NCBI GenBank assembly: GCA_038064075.1
Contig: JBBTTU010000004.1
Span: 647 to 64,646, forward strand
Length of the DNA stretch: 64,000 nucleotides
Source of the DNA: Patescibacteria group bacterium
Lineage (GTDB): Bacteria > Patescibacteriota > Minisyncoccia > HO2-45-28
Reading direction: 5' to 3'
Shown: piece by piece, positions 8,532 through 17,317 of the stretch
Layout of the letters: each line of letters starts with the position of its first letter
Position numbering within the stretch: position 1 is the stretch's first letter
Program-made: the position numbers and the translations under genes
Notes under the pieces: model-generated
What the model was told of the DNA's origin: nothing
The model's input: only the letters and a program-made list of their open reading frames with translations
Databases searched by the model: none

Positions 8532-9098
8532 ATGCCCATAAATTTTAACGCGATTGGAAGCATGCTCGGGCCTTTTGGTTTTTTGGCAGATATTGGCTTC
8601 TGGCAAAATTTTTATGTAGTTTTGCGCCAGATTTTGATTGCGGGCGCCGGGGCGCTTTTTATTCTTTCAGTTTGGCTTTTGATTAAAATCTGGTCGCTCA
8701 AACTCCGTTTTTATATTTATGAAGGTTACAGGGCTTATCGCACTCCCGGCAGAGAAACCACTTTTGAAGAAGAACAAAGGCTTGCCAGCCGCAGGAAATG
8801 GGACGCTATCATCAAAAAAGTTGAATCGCGGGGAGCGGCCGGTTTCGGCATGGCTGTTATTGAAGCTGATATTTTAACCGAAGAAATAATGGGCCGGATG
8901 GGTTTTATCGGCAAAAATCTGGCGGAACGCCTGCGTTCGCTTGCGCCGGGCGAACTGGAAAGTGCCAATGACCTTTGGTCCGCCCACAAATTAAGAAATA
9001 AAATAGCCCACGAGCAGGAATTTCAGCCGTCCAAGGAAGAAACGGTTGAGGCCTTGGCGGCTTACAAAAAAGCCTTGCAAGATTTGGGCGCGATATAA
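8532..9098 (+). CDS. Small membrane protein with a C-terminal alpha-helical domain carrying a HEPN-like Rx4H motif.
   Basis: Two N-terminal hydrophobic helices. The C-terminal 'SAHKLRNKIAHEQEF' matches the HEPN/HepT(DUF86) Rx4HxY motif, with Q in place of Y. Confidence 0.45.
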   Translation: MPINFNAIGSMLGPFGFLADIGFWQNFYVVLRQILIAGAGALFILSVWLLIKIWSLKLRFYIYEGYRAYRTPGRETTFEEEQRLASRRKWDAIIKKVESRGAAGFGMAVIEADILTEEIMGRMGFIGKNLAERLRSLAPGELESANDLWSAHKLRNKIAHEQEFQPSKEETVEALAAYKKALQDLGAI

Positions 9099-9117
9099 AG
9101 ACATTAGAAAACTTAAC

Positions 9118-10587
9118 ATGCTAAGAGAAGGAAAAATTCAAATAATCAAATATGCTCCGCCTCCGCCGGAATTGCCGGTCTATAAATATGTTGATCCGCG
9201 CGAAACCGTCTTTTTCGGCCGGACCAATTATGTCGCCGGACTTGAAGAGAAAAGATTTATTTTCGGCATTAAAAGAAAAGACCGCCGGCGCCATATGTAT
9301 GTCGTCGGCAAAAGCGGCGTCGGAAAAAGCAAACTATTGGAAATGATGATCCGTCAGGATATCCGCTACGGCCACGGGCTTTGCTTGATTGATCCTCACG
9401 GCGACGTGATTGAGGAGATTTTGAAGTTCATTCCCGAAGAGCGCGCTCGCGATACGGTTATCATTGATCCTTCGGATATTGACTGGCCGGTTTCTTTTAA
9501 TCCTTTGCAAAATATCAATCCCGAACTGAAGCACCAAGTCGCCCAAGGTTTGATTGAAGTGATGGAAAAGCAGTTCGGCGCGAACTGGACGCCTCGTTTG
9601 GAACATGTTTTTCGTTTTACGGTGCTGGCGCTTCTGGATTTTCCGATGGCCACCATGCGCGGAATGATTTCAATGCTGACTGACCGGAGATACCGTCAGA
9701 AAGTCGTGGAGTTCATCGGCGATGAGATGGTCAAACGTTTCTGGGCGATAGAATTTGCCGACTGGTCGGAAAAATTTGACACCGAGGCCATTATTCCTTT
9801 GGTCAACAAGCTCGGCCAGTTTTTATCCAATCCTTATTTGCGCCATATTTTCGGCCAACGCGAAAATAAAATTGATTTGGAACATATAATGAACAGCCGT
9901 AAAATACTCCTGATCAACCTTTCCAAAGGGAAACTGGGCGAAGAAAATTCAAGCTTTTTCGGTTCAATATTCATCACCAAGATCAAGCAGGCCGGAATGG
10001 CCCGGGCGGCCGTGGCCGAGAGCGAACGCAAAGATTTTTATCTTTATGTTGATGAATTTCATAATTTGGTCACAACCACTTTTGAAAATTTATTTTCCGA
10101 AGCCAGAAAGTACGGCCTTAATATGATTGTGGCCCACCAGTATATGGGCCAGCTTTTGCCGCGGGTGCATGATACGGTTTTGGGCAATGTCGGCACCATT
10201 GTCGTTTTCAGGGTCGGAGGAGACGACGCCGCCAAACTGGAGAGCGAAATGACGCCGGTTTTTAAAGCCAAAGACATGATTAATCTCGGCATGCAGGAAT
10301 TCTACGTAAAAATGACCATTGACGGCGACACTTCCGATCCTTTCTCGGCTGAAACGCTCAAAGTCTTGCCAACGGCGCACCAATCGTTTAAAGAAGAAAT
10401 TATTGATTTTTGCCGCAAAAATTACGCCGCTCAAGCCCAAGAAGTGAAACGAAAAATTACTGAAGAGGAAACCGAACTTTTGGGCCTTGCTCCCGAAGAA
10501 GAAAAAAAAGAAGAAGCGTCTTCGGCGGTTTCTCAAGCGCCCGGCGAAAAATCGGAAAATTCTCAAAACTCCGAACCTCTTGTCTGA
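9118..10587 (+). CDS. Soluble VirD4/TraG/TrwB-type (type IV coupling-protein-like, FtsK/HerA superfamily) P-loop ATPase. NCBI-style name: type IV secretion system DNA-binding domain protein.
   Basis: Walker A 'HMYVVGKSGVGKSKLL', 'GLCLIDPHGDV', Walker B 'DFYLYVDEFHNL' and Q-motif 'IVAHQYMGQL' occur in canonical T4CP order. There is no TM anchor. The C-terminus is acidic. The start is chosen at the internal ATG at 9118 (MLREGK) to avoid overlapping the upstream gene. Confidence 0.7.
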   Translation: MLREGKIQIIKYAPPPPELPVYKYVDPRETVFFGRTNYVAGLEEKRFIFGIKRKDRRRHMYVVGKSGVGKSKLLEMMIRQDIRYGHGLCLIDPHGDVIEEILKFIPEERARDTVIIDPSDIDWPVSFNPLQNINPELKHQVAQGLIEVMEKQFGANWTPRLEHVFRFTVLALLDFPMATMRGMISMLTDRRYRQKVVEFIGDEMVKRFWAIEFADWSEKFDTEAIIPLVNKLGQFLSNPYLRHIFGQRENKIDLEHIMNSRKILLINLSKGKLGEENSSFFGSIFITKIKQAGMARAAVAESERKDFYLYVDEFHNLVTTTFENLFSEARKYGLNMIVAHQYMGQLLPRVHDTVLGNVGTIVVFRVGGDDAAKLESEMTPVFKAKDMINLGMQEFYVKMTIDGDTSDPFSAETLKVLPTAHQSFKEEIIDFCRKNYAAQAQEVKRKITEEETELLGLAPEEEKKEEASSAVSQAPGEKSENSQNSEPLV

Positions 10588-10620
10588 AATAAAATTTGCA
10601 GACATAATTTAAATAATCCC

Positions 10621-12564
10621 ATGGCCATTCAAAAAGAAAGAGTTTATTTTGCCAGAACAAATTTTAGAGGTCAGAATAAAATTTTCGGCATTAAATTGCC
10701 GGATCGCCGGCAGCATATGTATGTTGTCGGGAAAACCGGCACCGGCAAAACCAACCTGATCAAAAATATAGCCATTCAGGATATAAACTCCGGCCGGGGC
10801 CTCTGCGTTGTTGATCCTCACGGCGAGCTAGTTGAAGAACTTTTGGAAAAAATTCCGAAAGAACGCTCCAAAGACGTGATTTATTTCAATCCGGCCGACT
10901 CGGAACATCCTCTGGGTTTCAACGTCTTGGAAGTTCCCGATAAAAAATACAAGCATTTGATTGCGCAGGGCCTGATCGGAATTTTTACCAAAATCTGGGC
11001 CAATGTCTGGTCGGCCCGGATGGAGTATATTTTAAATAACTGCATTTTGGCCTTGATTGAAACGCCGGGCACCACGCTCTTGGGCATTCAGCGCATTTTG
11101 ACCGACAAAGATTACCGCCAGCGGATTTTAGCCAATGTAACCGACCCGGTCGTGCGCGCTTTTTGGATGAATGAATATGAAGTCTGGCAGGATCGCTTCC
11201 GCAACGAAGCCATTGTTCCGATTCAAAATAAAGTCGGCCAGTTCGTCGCGACATCTTTGATCCGAAACATTGTCGGCCAGGCCAAATCAAGCTTTGAAGT
11301 TTTTGAGTTGATGAACGAGGGCAAAATTCTTCTGGTCAATATTTCCAAAGGCCGGATTGGCGAGGAAAATTCAATGCTTTTGGGAGCCATGCTTATCACT
11401 AAAATTCAGCTGGCGGCCATGGAACGGGTCCGCATCCCCGAAAATGAAAGGCGCGATTTTTATCTTTATGTTGACGAGTTCCAGAATTTCGCCACCGAAT
11501 CGTTTGCTTCCATTCTTTCCGAAGCCAGAAAATACCGGCTTAATCTGATTATTTCGCATCAATACACCGGCCAGCTGATTAGCCAGACGACAACGACGAT
11601 CCGCGACGCCGTTTTCGGCAATGTCGGCACGATGATTTTTTTCAGAGTCGGAGCGACCGACGCCGAGTTTCTGGAAAAAGAAATCACGCCCGAATTCGTC
11701 ATAGACGACCTCGTCAATCTGCCCAATTACAATATTTATCTCAAATTAATGGTTGACGGCATATCAACCCGGCCTTTTTCGGCCGTTACCATACCGCCTT
11801 TGGCCACGACCGCCGATATGGCCGATCCGAAAATTATCGTTGATAATTCCCGAAAGCAATATGCCCGATCGGCAAACAAGGTTGAAGGAGATATCAAGCG
11901 CTGGAGTTCTTCTTTGCCGGGAACGACTGAAGCCGAAGAAGAATTTTTCACCGAAGGCGGATCCGCCTATGGCGGAAAAGTTAAAACCGGCGACAAATTT
12001 GAAAGTCCGTGCTGGATTTGCAAAAAAACCGCGTCAGTTCCTTTCAAGCCCGACGGCCAAAGGCCGGTCTATTGCTCGGAGTGTTTGAAAAAGATTGAAG
12101 CCGGCCAACTGCGGCCTTTGCGTCCGCTGCCGACGGCCGGAAAAGAGCGCGAAGAATTCGGCGGAGAACTCGGTGAATTGGGCATTGAGTTTAATTTGCC
12201 TCAAAATAAGGTAAAGACATTCTCAAAGCCGGGCTTCAAAGCTCCGCATCCGGAATTTTCGCCGAAAGCCCGGCCCGCGCCCGGAAAAATTATGCCGAAT
12301 ATCAGAGAGGGCGAATTGGTGGTCAAGGATGTTAAGCCAAAACGCGCGCTTTCTTTGCAAGATTTGAAGCCGCGGGCAGAAAAATCAAAACCAAAAGAAT
12401 CTAATTTGGATGAATTGCGCCGGGTTCTGAAAGAATCGCTTGCCAAAGAAGAAAAACCGATGGCCGAAACTCAAAAAAATCAGAATGCGGCGCCGTCTTC
12501 ACAAAAGGAGCCGTCTTCCAAATCAGGCGTGCTTAAACCCGGCGAGTCAATAAAATTTGAATAA
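10621..12564 (+). CDS. Paralogous soluble VirD4/TraG-type P-loop ATPase with a C-terminal CxxC...CxxC zinc ribbon and a long K/P/E-rich disordered tail.
   Basis: 'HMYVVGKTGTGKTNLI', 'GLCVVDPHGELV', 'DFYLYVDEFQNF', 'IISHQYTGQLI'. The core is collinear with the 9118 protein. Zinc ribbon 'CWICKKTASVPFKPDGQRPVYCSEC'. The tail is rich in K, P and E. Confidence 0.7.
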   Translation: MAIQKERVYFARTNFRGQNKIFGIKLPDRRQHMYVVGKTGTGKTNLIKNIAIQDINSGRGLCVVDPHGELVEELLEKIPKERSKDVIYFNPADSEHPLGFNVLEVPDKKYKHLIAQGLIGIFTKIWANVWSARMEYILNNCILALIETPGTTLLGIQRILTDKDYRQRILANVTDPVVRAFWMNEYEVWQDRFRNEAIVPIQNKVGQFVATSLIRNIVGQAKSSFEVFELMNEGKILLVNISKGRIGEENSMLLGAMLITKIQLAAMERVRIPENERRDFYLYVDEFQNFATESFASILSEARKYRLNLIISHQYTGQLISQTTTTIRDAVFGNVGTMIFFRVGATDAEFLEKEITPEFVIDDLVNLPNYNIYLKLMVDGISTRPFSAVTIPPLATTADMADPKIIVDNSRKQYARSANKVEGDIKRWSSSLPGTTEAEEEFFTEGGSAYGGKVKTGDKFESPCWICKKTASVPFKPDGQRPVYCSECLKKIEAGQLRPLRPLPTAGKEREEFGGELGELGIEFNLPQNKVKTFSKPGFKAPHPEFSPKARPAPGKIMPNIREGELVVKDVKPKRALSLQDLKPRAEKSKPKESNLDELRRVLKESLAKEEKPMAETQKNQNAAPSSQKEPSSKSGVLKPGESIKFE

Positions 12565-13706
12565 AGCTCAAATGTTTTTTGGAGTTGTTTTTCTTTTGAA
12601 AATTCTTTAAGCACTTTTTGGCGCAAGTTTTGAGCAAGTATCCGGCCTAACTCCGGATCTTTTTTTAATCTTAAAACTGCTTCAGTCAGTTTTTGGGGAT
12701 CGGCCGGCGGTATTAAAAGTCCGGTTTTTCCGTCTTCTATGATTTCAGGGATTCCGCCGACAGAGCTGGCAATAACCGGGATTCCGGCCAGACCCGCTTC
12801 AAGCACCGCGTAGGGCAGTCCTTCTTTCAGCGACGGAAACACGAATACGTCAAAAGCTTTGAGATAAGCCGCCGCCGGAAAAAGATCTCTTACTAAAATC
12901 ACGTGTCGGCCGGTTTTTTCATTTTCAATTTGTCGGCGAGTTTTTTGCCAGCCGCTGCCCCAAGCCGCGATTACGGTTTTTATTTTTTCGTCTTTTTTAG
13001 CCAAGACGCCGGCGGCCGGTACCAGATATTCGTAGCCTTTATTTTTGACAAATTCGCCGACGGTGCCGACAATAAAATCATCGGTTTCAAACCGCGCATT
13101 CGGCATTTTTTTCCGGATTTCGTTTTTAGCAAGAAACAAGATTTCGTTTTCGGAGATTCCGTTATGGATGGTCAATAATTTTTCAGGCCGGGCCAGTCCG
13201 GTTTGGACGGCAATTTGGCGGTCAAAGTTTGAAACGCAGATGACTTGATCGTAAAACCATAAAGTTATTTTGGAAAGAATCCGGATGAAGAAAATTTGCC
13301 AGCGCGGCCTATCTTCCAGAAAACTCCAGCCGTGGACCGTAAATATTGTCCGCAGTTTTTTTCGGGAAAGCATTTTATAAATAAACGCGGCCGGGCCGGC
13401 AATGCCGGCGGCTTGGGGGCTTGAAGAATGAAGAATATCGGGACGGAAAGAAAAAAGAATTTTAAGCGTTTTTAAAAAAACCGCAAATGCCCCCAAAGGC
13501 CCCATTTCGCGCTTAAGTCCGCCAAGCGAAATAAAAGGTATTGACGCTTCTTGCAGGCGGCCGGCCAGAGGTCCGCGGCCGCCACCGGCCACCGCGGCGT
13601 CGTATCCCTTCTTTTGGGCGCAAGCGGCGAGGTCATAGACATGTTTTCCGGCTCCTCCCCAGACCGACTTGGTGATAAGGTATAAAATTTTAGCGCGATT
13701 GACCAT
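12480..13706 (-). CDS. Glycosyltransferase family 4 (GT-B, Glycos_transf_1).
   Basis: 'FVFPSLKEGLPYAVLEAGLAGIPVIASSVGGIPEIIEDGKTGLL' is the GT4 EX7E region. Its 3' end overlaps the convergent 10621 gene by 85 nt. Confidence 0.75.
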   Translation of the reverse strand: MVNRAKILYLITKSVWGGAGKHVYDLAACAQKKGYDAAVAGGGRGPLAGRLQEASIPFISLGGLKREMGPLGAFAVFLKTLKILFSFRPDILHSSSPQAAGIAGPAAFIYKMLSRKKLRTIFTVHGWSFLEDRPRWQIFFIRILSKITLWFYDQVICVSNFDRQIAVQTGLARPEKLLTIHNGISENEILFLAKNEIRKKMPNARFETDDFIVGTVGEFVKNKGYEYLVPAAGVLAKKDEKIKTVIAAWGSGWQKTRRQIENEKTGRHVILVRDLFPAAAYLKAFDVFVFPSLKEGLPYAVLEAGLAGIPVIASSVGGIPEIIEDGKTGLLIPPADPQKLTEAVLRLKKDPELGRILAQNLRQKVLKEFSKEKQLQKTFELYSNFIDSPGLSTPDLEDGSFCEDGAAF

Positions 13707-13753
13707 AAGTAAATTTTATTACATAATAGTGAGAAATTGCTTAAATTTCAACA

Positions 13754-14927
13754 AATGAATGAACTTGCCCCAAAGCCAAAGATTTTTATTTTTTCAACGG
13801 CCTATTTGCCGATGATCGGCGGCGCGGAGCTGGCAATTAAAGAAATAACTGATCGCCTCGCCGATGATTTTGATTTTGTTTTGCTTACGACGAGACTAAA
13901 GCGTTCGCTCCCCAAATGCGAGCGAATTGGCAGAGTCCAGATCAGGCGTTTTGGCTCGGGGCTGCTGCCGTATTTGGACAAAGCGCTTTCTCCGTTTTTG
14001 GCCGCTTATTTTGTTTATAAATTTATGAAAAAACATCCGGTGCATCTTTTTTGGAGCATGATGGTGACCTTTACCAGCGGCGCGCCGTTTATCTTGAAGT
14101 TTTTGGGGCTGGATAAAAATGTGCCGATACTCCTTAGCTTGCAGGAAGGCGATACTGAAGATCATCTGCGATCAGCTAATTTGGGTTTGACTGGCCTGGC
14201 TTGGAAATTGGCCGCGCCGCGCGCGACTAAAGTCCAGACAATCAGTTTTTATCTGAAAAAACTTGCGGTTAAATTCGGCGTGAATCTCGCGGAAACCGAA
14301 GTTGTTCCCAACGGGGTTGATCTTGAAAATTTTTCGCGCCGTTTGCAGCCGGATCGCGTCAAAGAACTTCGCATCCGTCTTGGCCTTCCGACCGGAAAGC
14401 CGATTATAATTACTGCTTCGCGCCTTGTCCGCAAAAACGGGATTGATATTTTGATTAAGTCCCTGGCCGATATTCCGGAAGCCCGTCTTTTAATCGCCGG
14501 CGCCGGCCCTCAAGAAAAAGAACTGCGGAATCTTGCCCGAAAATTAAAAAAAGAAAAAATGATCCATTGGTTGGGAAGCGTCAATCACAAGAAGCTGGCC
14601 GAATTTTTGGCAATTTCCCATGTTTTTGCCAGACCCTCGCGCTCCGAAGGGCTGGGTTCGGCTTTTTTGGAAGCAATGGCTTCGGGTTTGGCGGTGGTGG
14701 CAACCAATGTCGGCGGCATTCCGGATTTTTTAATCCATCAAAAAACCGGCCTTTTTTGCAAGACGGAAGATCCGGAGGATCTTGCTTTTCAGATCAGGCT
14801 TTTACTCTATAATCGCGAGCTTCGCGAAAACATCGCTTCGGCCGGTCAAAAATTGGTTTTTCAAAATTATTCCTGGGATAAAGTCGCGGGATCAATGCGC
14901 CAGATTTTTCTCCGCCTTTTAAAATGA
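13754..14927 (+). CDS. Glycosyltransferase family 4.
   Basis: 'ARPSRSEGLGSAFLEAMASGLAVVATNVGGIPDFLIHQKTGLF'. The ATG at 13754 is preferred over the TTG at 13737. Confidence 0.75.
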
Positions 14928-15017
14928 ACCCCGTTAGAAGTTCAACCGAGGTTAGTATTATCACTTTTTTAGAAAGCGAATTCGTTCTCGCAATGTTATT
15001 ACCGACAATTATTTTAT

Positions 15018-16163
15018 ATGAAAACTTCTAACGGGATGAAAATTTTAATTGCCACCCCTCTTTTTCCGCCGGATATAGGAGGACCGGCTACTTACAGCAA
15101 GGCGCTTTCGGAAGAATTGTCCAAGCGCGGGATAAGCGTTGATGTTCTGTCTTTCGGGGTTGTTCGCGGATTGCCCAAAATTATTCGCCATTTGGCCTAT
15201 TTCTGGAAAGTTTTTTGGAAGAGCCGGAAAGCCGATTTAATTTTCTCCCAGGATCCGGCATCAGTCGGTTTTCCTGCTTGCCTTGCCGCGCTGCTTTTAA
15301 GGAAGCGTTTCGCGCTGAAAATTGTGGGAGATTACGCTTGGGAGCAGGGAATGAATCGTTTTGGAGTCAAGGATTTGCTTGATAATTTTTTGGAAAAAAA
15401 ATACGGCCGGCCGGTTGAATTTTTGCGCCGGATTGAAAAATTTGTCGCAATCAGGGCCGATATTATTATTGTTCCCAGCCGCTATTTAAAAAGCGTTGTT
15501 GAAAAATGGGGCGTTGATTCTAAAAAAATAAATGTAATTTATAACGCGGTTCATATTCCGGAAATTTTTCAGAGTAAAGAGGAAATAAGAAAAAATCTCG
15601 GACTTTCCGGAAAAATTTTGGTGAGTATCGGCCGGCTTGTTCCGTGGAAAGGATTTGGAATGTTGATTGAACTTATGCCTGAAATCTCAAAAAAATATCC
15701 GGCCGCTAAACTGCTGATCATCGGTTCGGGGCCCGAAGAGGATGAGCTAAAAGCTATAAGCTATAAGCCTTCGTCCCGAACTCAGGCCGAGGGGTTAAAA
15801 GCTGGCGTAAAATTTTTAGGCGGTTTATCTCATGAACTGGTTTTGAAATATTTGAAAGCCGCCGACATTTTTTTGCTTAATACCGGCTATGAGGGTTTTT
15901 CGCACCAAATTTTGGAAGCCATGGCTTCGGGCGCGCCGGTTATAAGCACGCCGGCAGGAGGCAACAGAGAAATTCTGGAAGACCGCAAAAATACGTTGGT
16001 CGCCGCATATAATGACAGGAACGTTTGGCTCCGAGCCATTTTAGAACTTTTGAGCGATCAGAATCTGGCCCAAAATTTATCCAAAAACGCCCGCCAAGGT
16101 GTTTTAAAATTCGCCGGTCAAAATATGATTGAAGAAACAATTAAAATTTTGCAGTCGTTATGA
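15018..16163 (+). CDS. Glycosyltransferase family 4.
   Basis: 'NTGYEGFSHQILEAMASGAPVISTPAGGNREIL' GT4 motif. N-terminal 'ILIATPLFPPDIGGPATY'. Confidence 0.75.
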   Translation: MKTSNGMKILIATPLFPPDIGGPATYSKALSEELSKRGISVDVLSFGVVRGLPKIIRHLAYFWKVFWKSRKADLIFSQDPASVGFPACLAALLLRKRFALKIVGDYAWEQGMNRFGVKDLLDNFLEKKYGRPVEFLRRIEKFVAIRADIIIVPSRYLKSVVEKWGVDSKKINVIYNAVHIPEIFQSKEEIRKNLGLSGKILVSIGRLVPWKGFGMLIELMPEISKKYPAAKLLIIGSGPEEDELKAISYKPSSRTQAEGLKAGVKFLGGLSHELVLKYLKAADIFLLNTGYEGFSHQILEAMASGAPVISTPAGGNREILEDRKNTLVAAYNDRNVWLRAILELLSDQNLAQNLSKNARQGVLKFAGQNMIEETIKILQSL

Positions 16164-17269
16164 AAATCCTAATGTTTTCGGCCGATCCGATGATTTTAGA
16201 TGCCCGGTCAGCAGCGGCCAAAAGAATGATTGAGTATGGAAAAAGAATTGAAAAACTTGATATTTTGGTTTTAACTTCTCATTTGGACGCCGGACTTAAA
16301 AATGAGATTGAATTGGCAGAAAATGCCAGAATATATGCTTTAACCGGCAAATTTTCGCGTTTTTTTAAGGCATTTTTTAAGGCTCGGAGCTTGCTGAAGC
16401 GGATCAAATACGATTTACTCGTGGCGCAGGATGTTGAGCATGCTTTTCTTTGCTGGCTTTTGTCACTTCGTTTCAAAACGGCGTGGCAGATGCAGATTCA
16501 CGCCGATATTTTCAGTCTGTATTTCGCGAGGCACTCATTTTTTAACAAAATGCGAATATGGTTTGCTAAATTTTTAATCCCGCGGGCTTCTTGCATACGT
16601 GTTGTATCGCAACGTATAAAAAAATCAATTCTAAAAGCTCAGAGTTTACAGCTAAAAGCTAATATCGAAGTTTTGCCTATTTTAGCTTCGCCAATAAACA
16701 CAGATGCTCAGCCAAAGCGTTTTCCTGAATTTGATAAAAATATTTTAATGGTTTCGCGTCTGACCAGTGAAAAAAATATCGGGCTTGCGATTGACGCTAT
16801 GGCCGAAGTTGTAAAAAAGCATCCTAAAACCGGTTTGGTTATTGTCGGCGACGGACCGGAGTTTAAAAATATCAAAAATCAAATATCAAATCTCAAAATT
16901 GATGAAAATGTGCGGTTGGAAGGTTGGCGGGAAAATATTGCTTCATACTACAAAGGCTCGGATATTTTTATTTTGACGAGTTGGTACGAGGGTTGGGGCA
17001 TGAGCGCGGTTGAGGCGATGCGTTATGGCGCGGCTGTCGTTATGACCGATGTCGGTTTGGCTGGAGAGTTGATTGAAGATGGAAAAAGCGGTTTGATCGT
17101 GCCGGTGGGCGATAAAAACGCGCTTGCCGCCGCAATATTAAGGCTTTTGGAAAATGATAGTTTCCGCCGAGATTTGATTGAAGAAGCGGCAAAAAAAACC
17201 GGAGAATTGTTTTCGGTTGAAGAATATTACCAAAAAATTATTGATAGTTGGAGCAGGTGCGTCGGCTAA
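16160..17269 (+). CDS. Glycosyltransferase family 4.
   Basis: 'LTSWYEGWGMSAVEAMRYGAAVVMTDVGLAGELIEDGKSGLIVP'. The start overlaps the upstream stop by 4 nt. Confidence 0.75.
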   Translation: MKILMFSADPMILDARSAAAKRMIEYGKRIEKLDILVLTSHLDAGLKNEIELAENARIYALTGKFSRFFKAFFKARSLLKRIKYDLLVAQDVEHAFLCWLLSLRFKTAWQMQIHADIFSLYFARHSFFNKMRIWFAKFLIPRASCIRVVSQRIKKSILKAQSLQLKANIEVLPILASPINTDAQPKRFPEFDKNILMVSRLTSEKNIGLAIDAMAEVVKKHPKTGLVIVGDGPEFKNIKNQISNLKIDENVRLEGWRENIASYYKGSDIFILTSWYEGWGMSAVEAMRYGAAVVMTDVGLAGELIEDGKSGLIVPVGDKNALAAAILRLLENDSFRRDLIEEAAKKTGELFSVEEYYQKIIDSWSRCVG

Positions 17270-17317
17270 AACCCTTAATTTAAGCTATTTTTGTCAGCAG
17301 AGTTTACAATTATATTC

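Noticed and set aside
10090-10605. 171-aa antisense ORF with poly-F and poly-R runs overlapping the 3' end of the first ATPase gene.
   Set aside because: Its homopolymeric amino-acid runs arise from reading the GAA/AAA-rich acidic tail on the complementary strand. No start context or motifs.
15751-15766. GCTATAAGCTATAAGC tandem duplication in a GT4 gene.
   Set aside because: Only two copies of a 7-mer. Too short to call a functional SSR, unlike the four-copy repeat plus A8 at 17784-17819.
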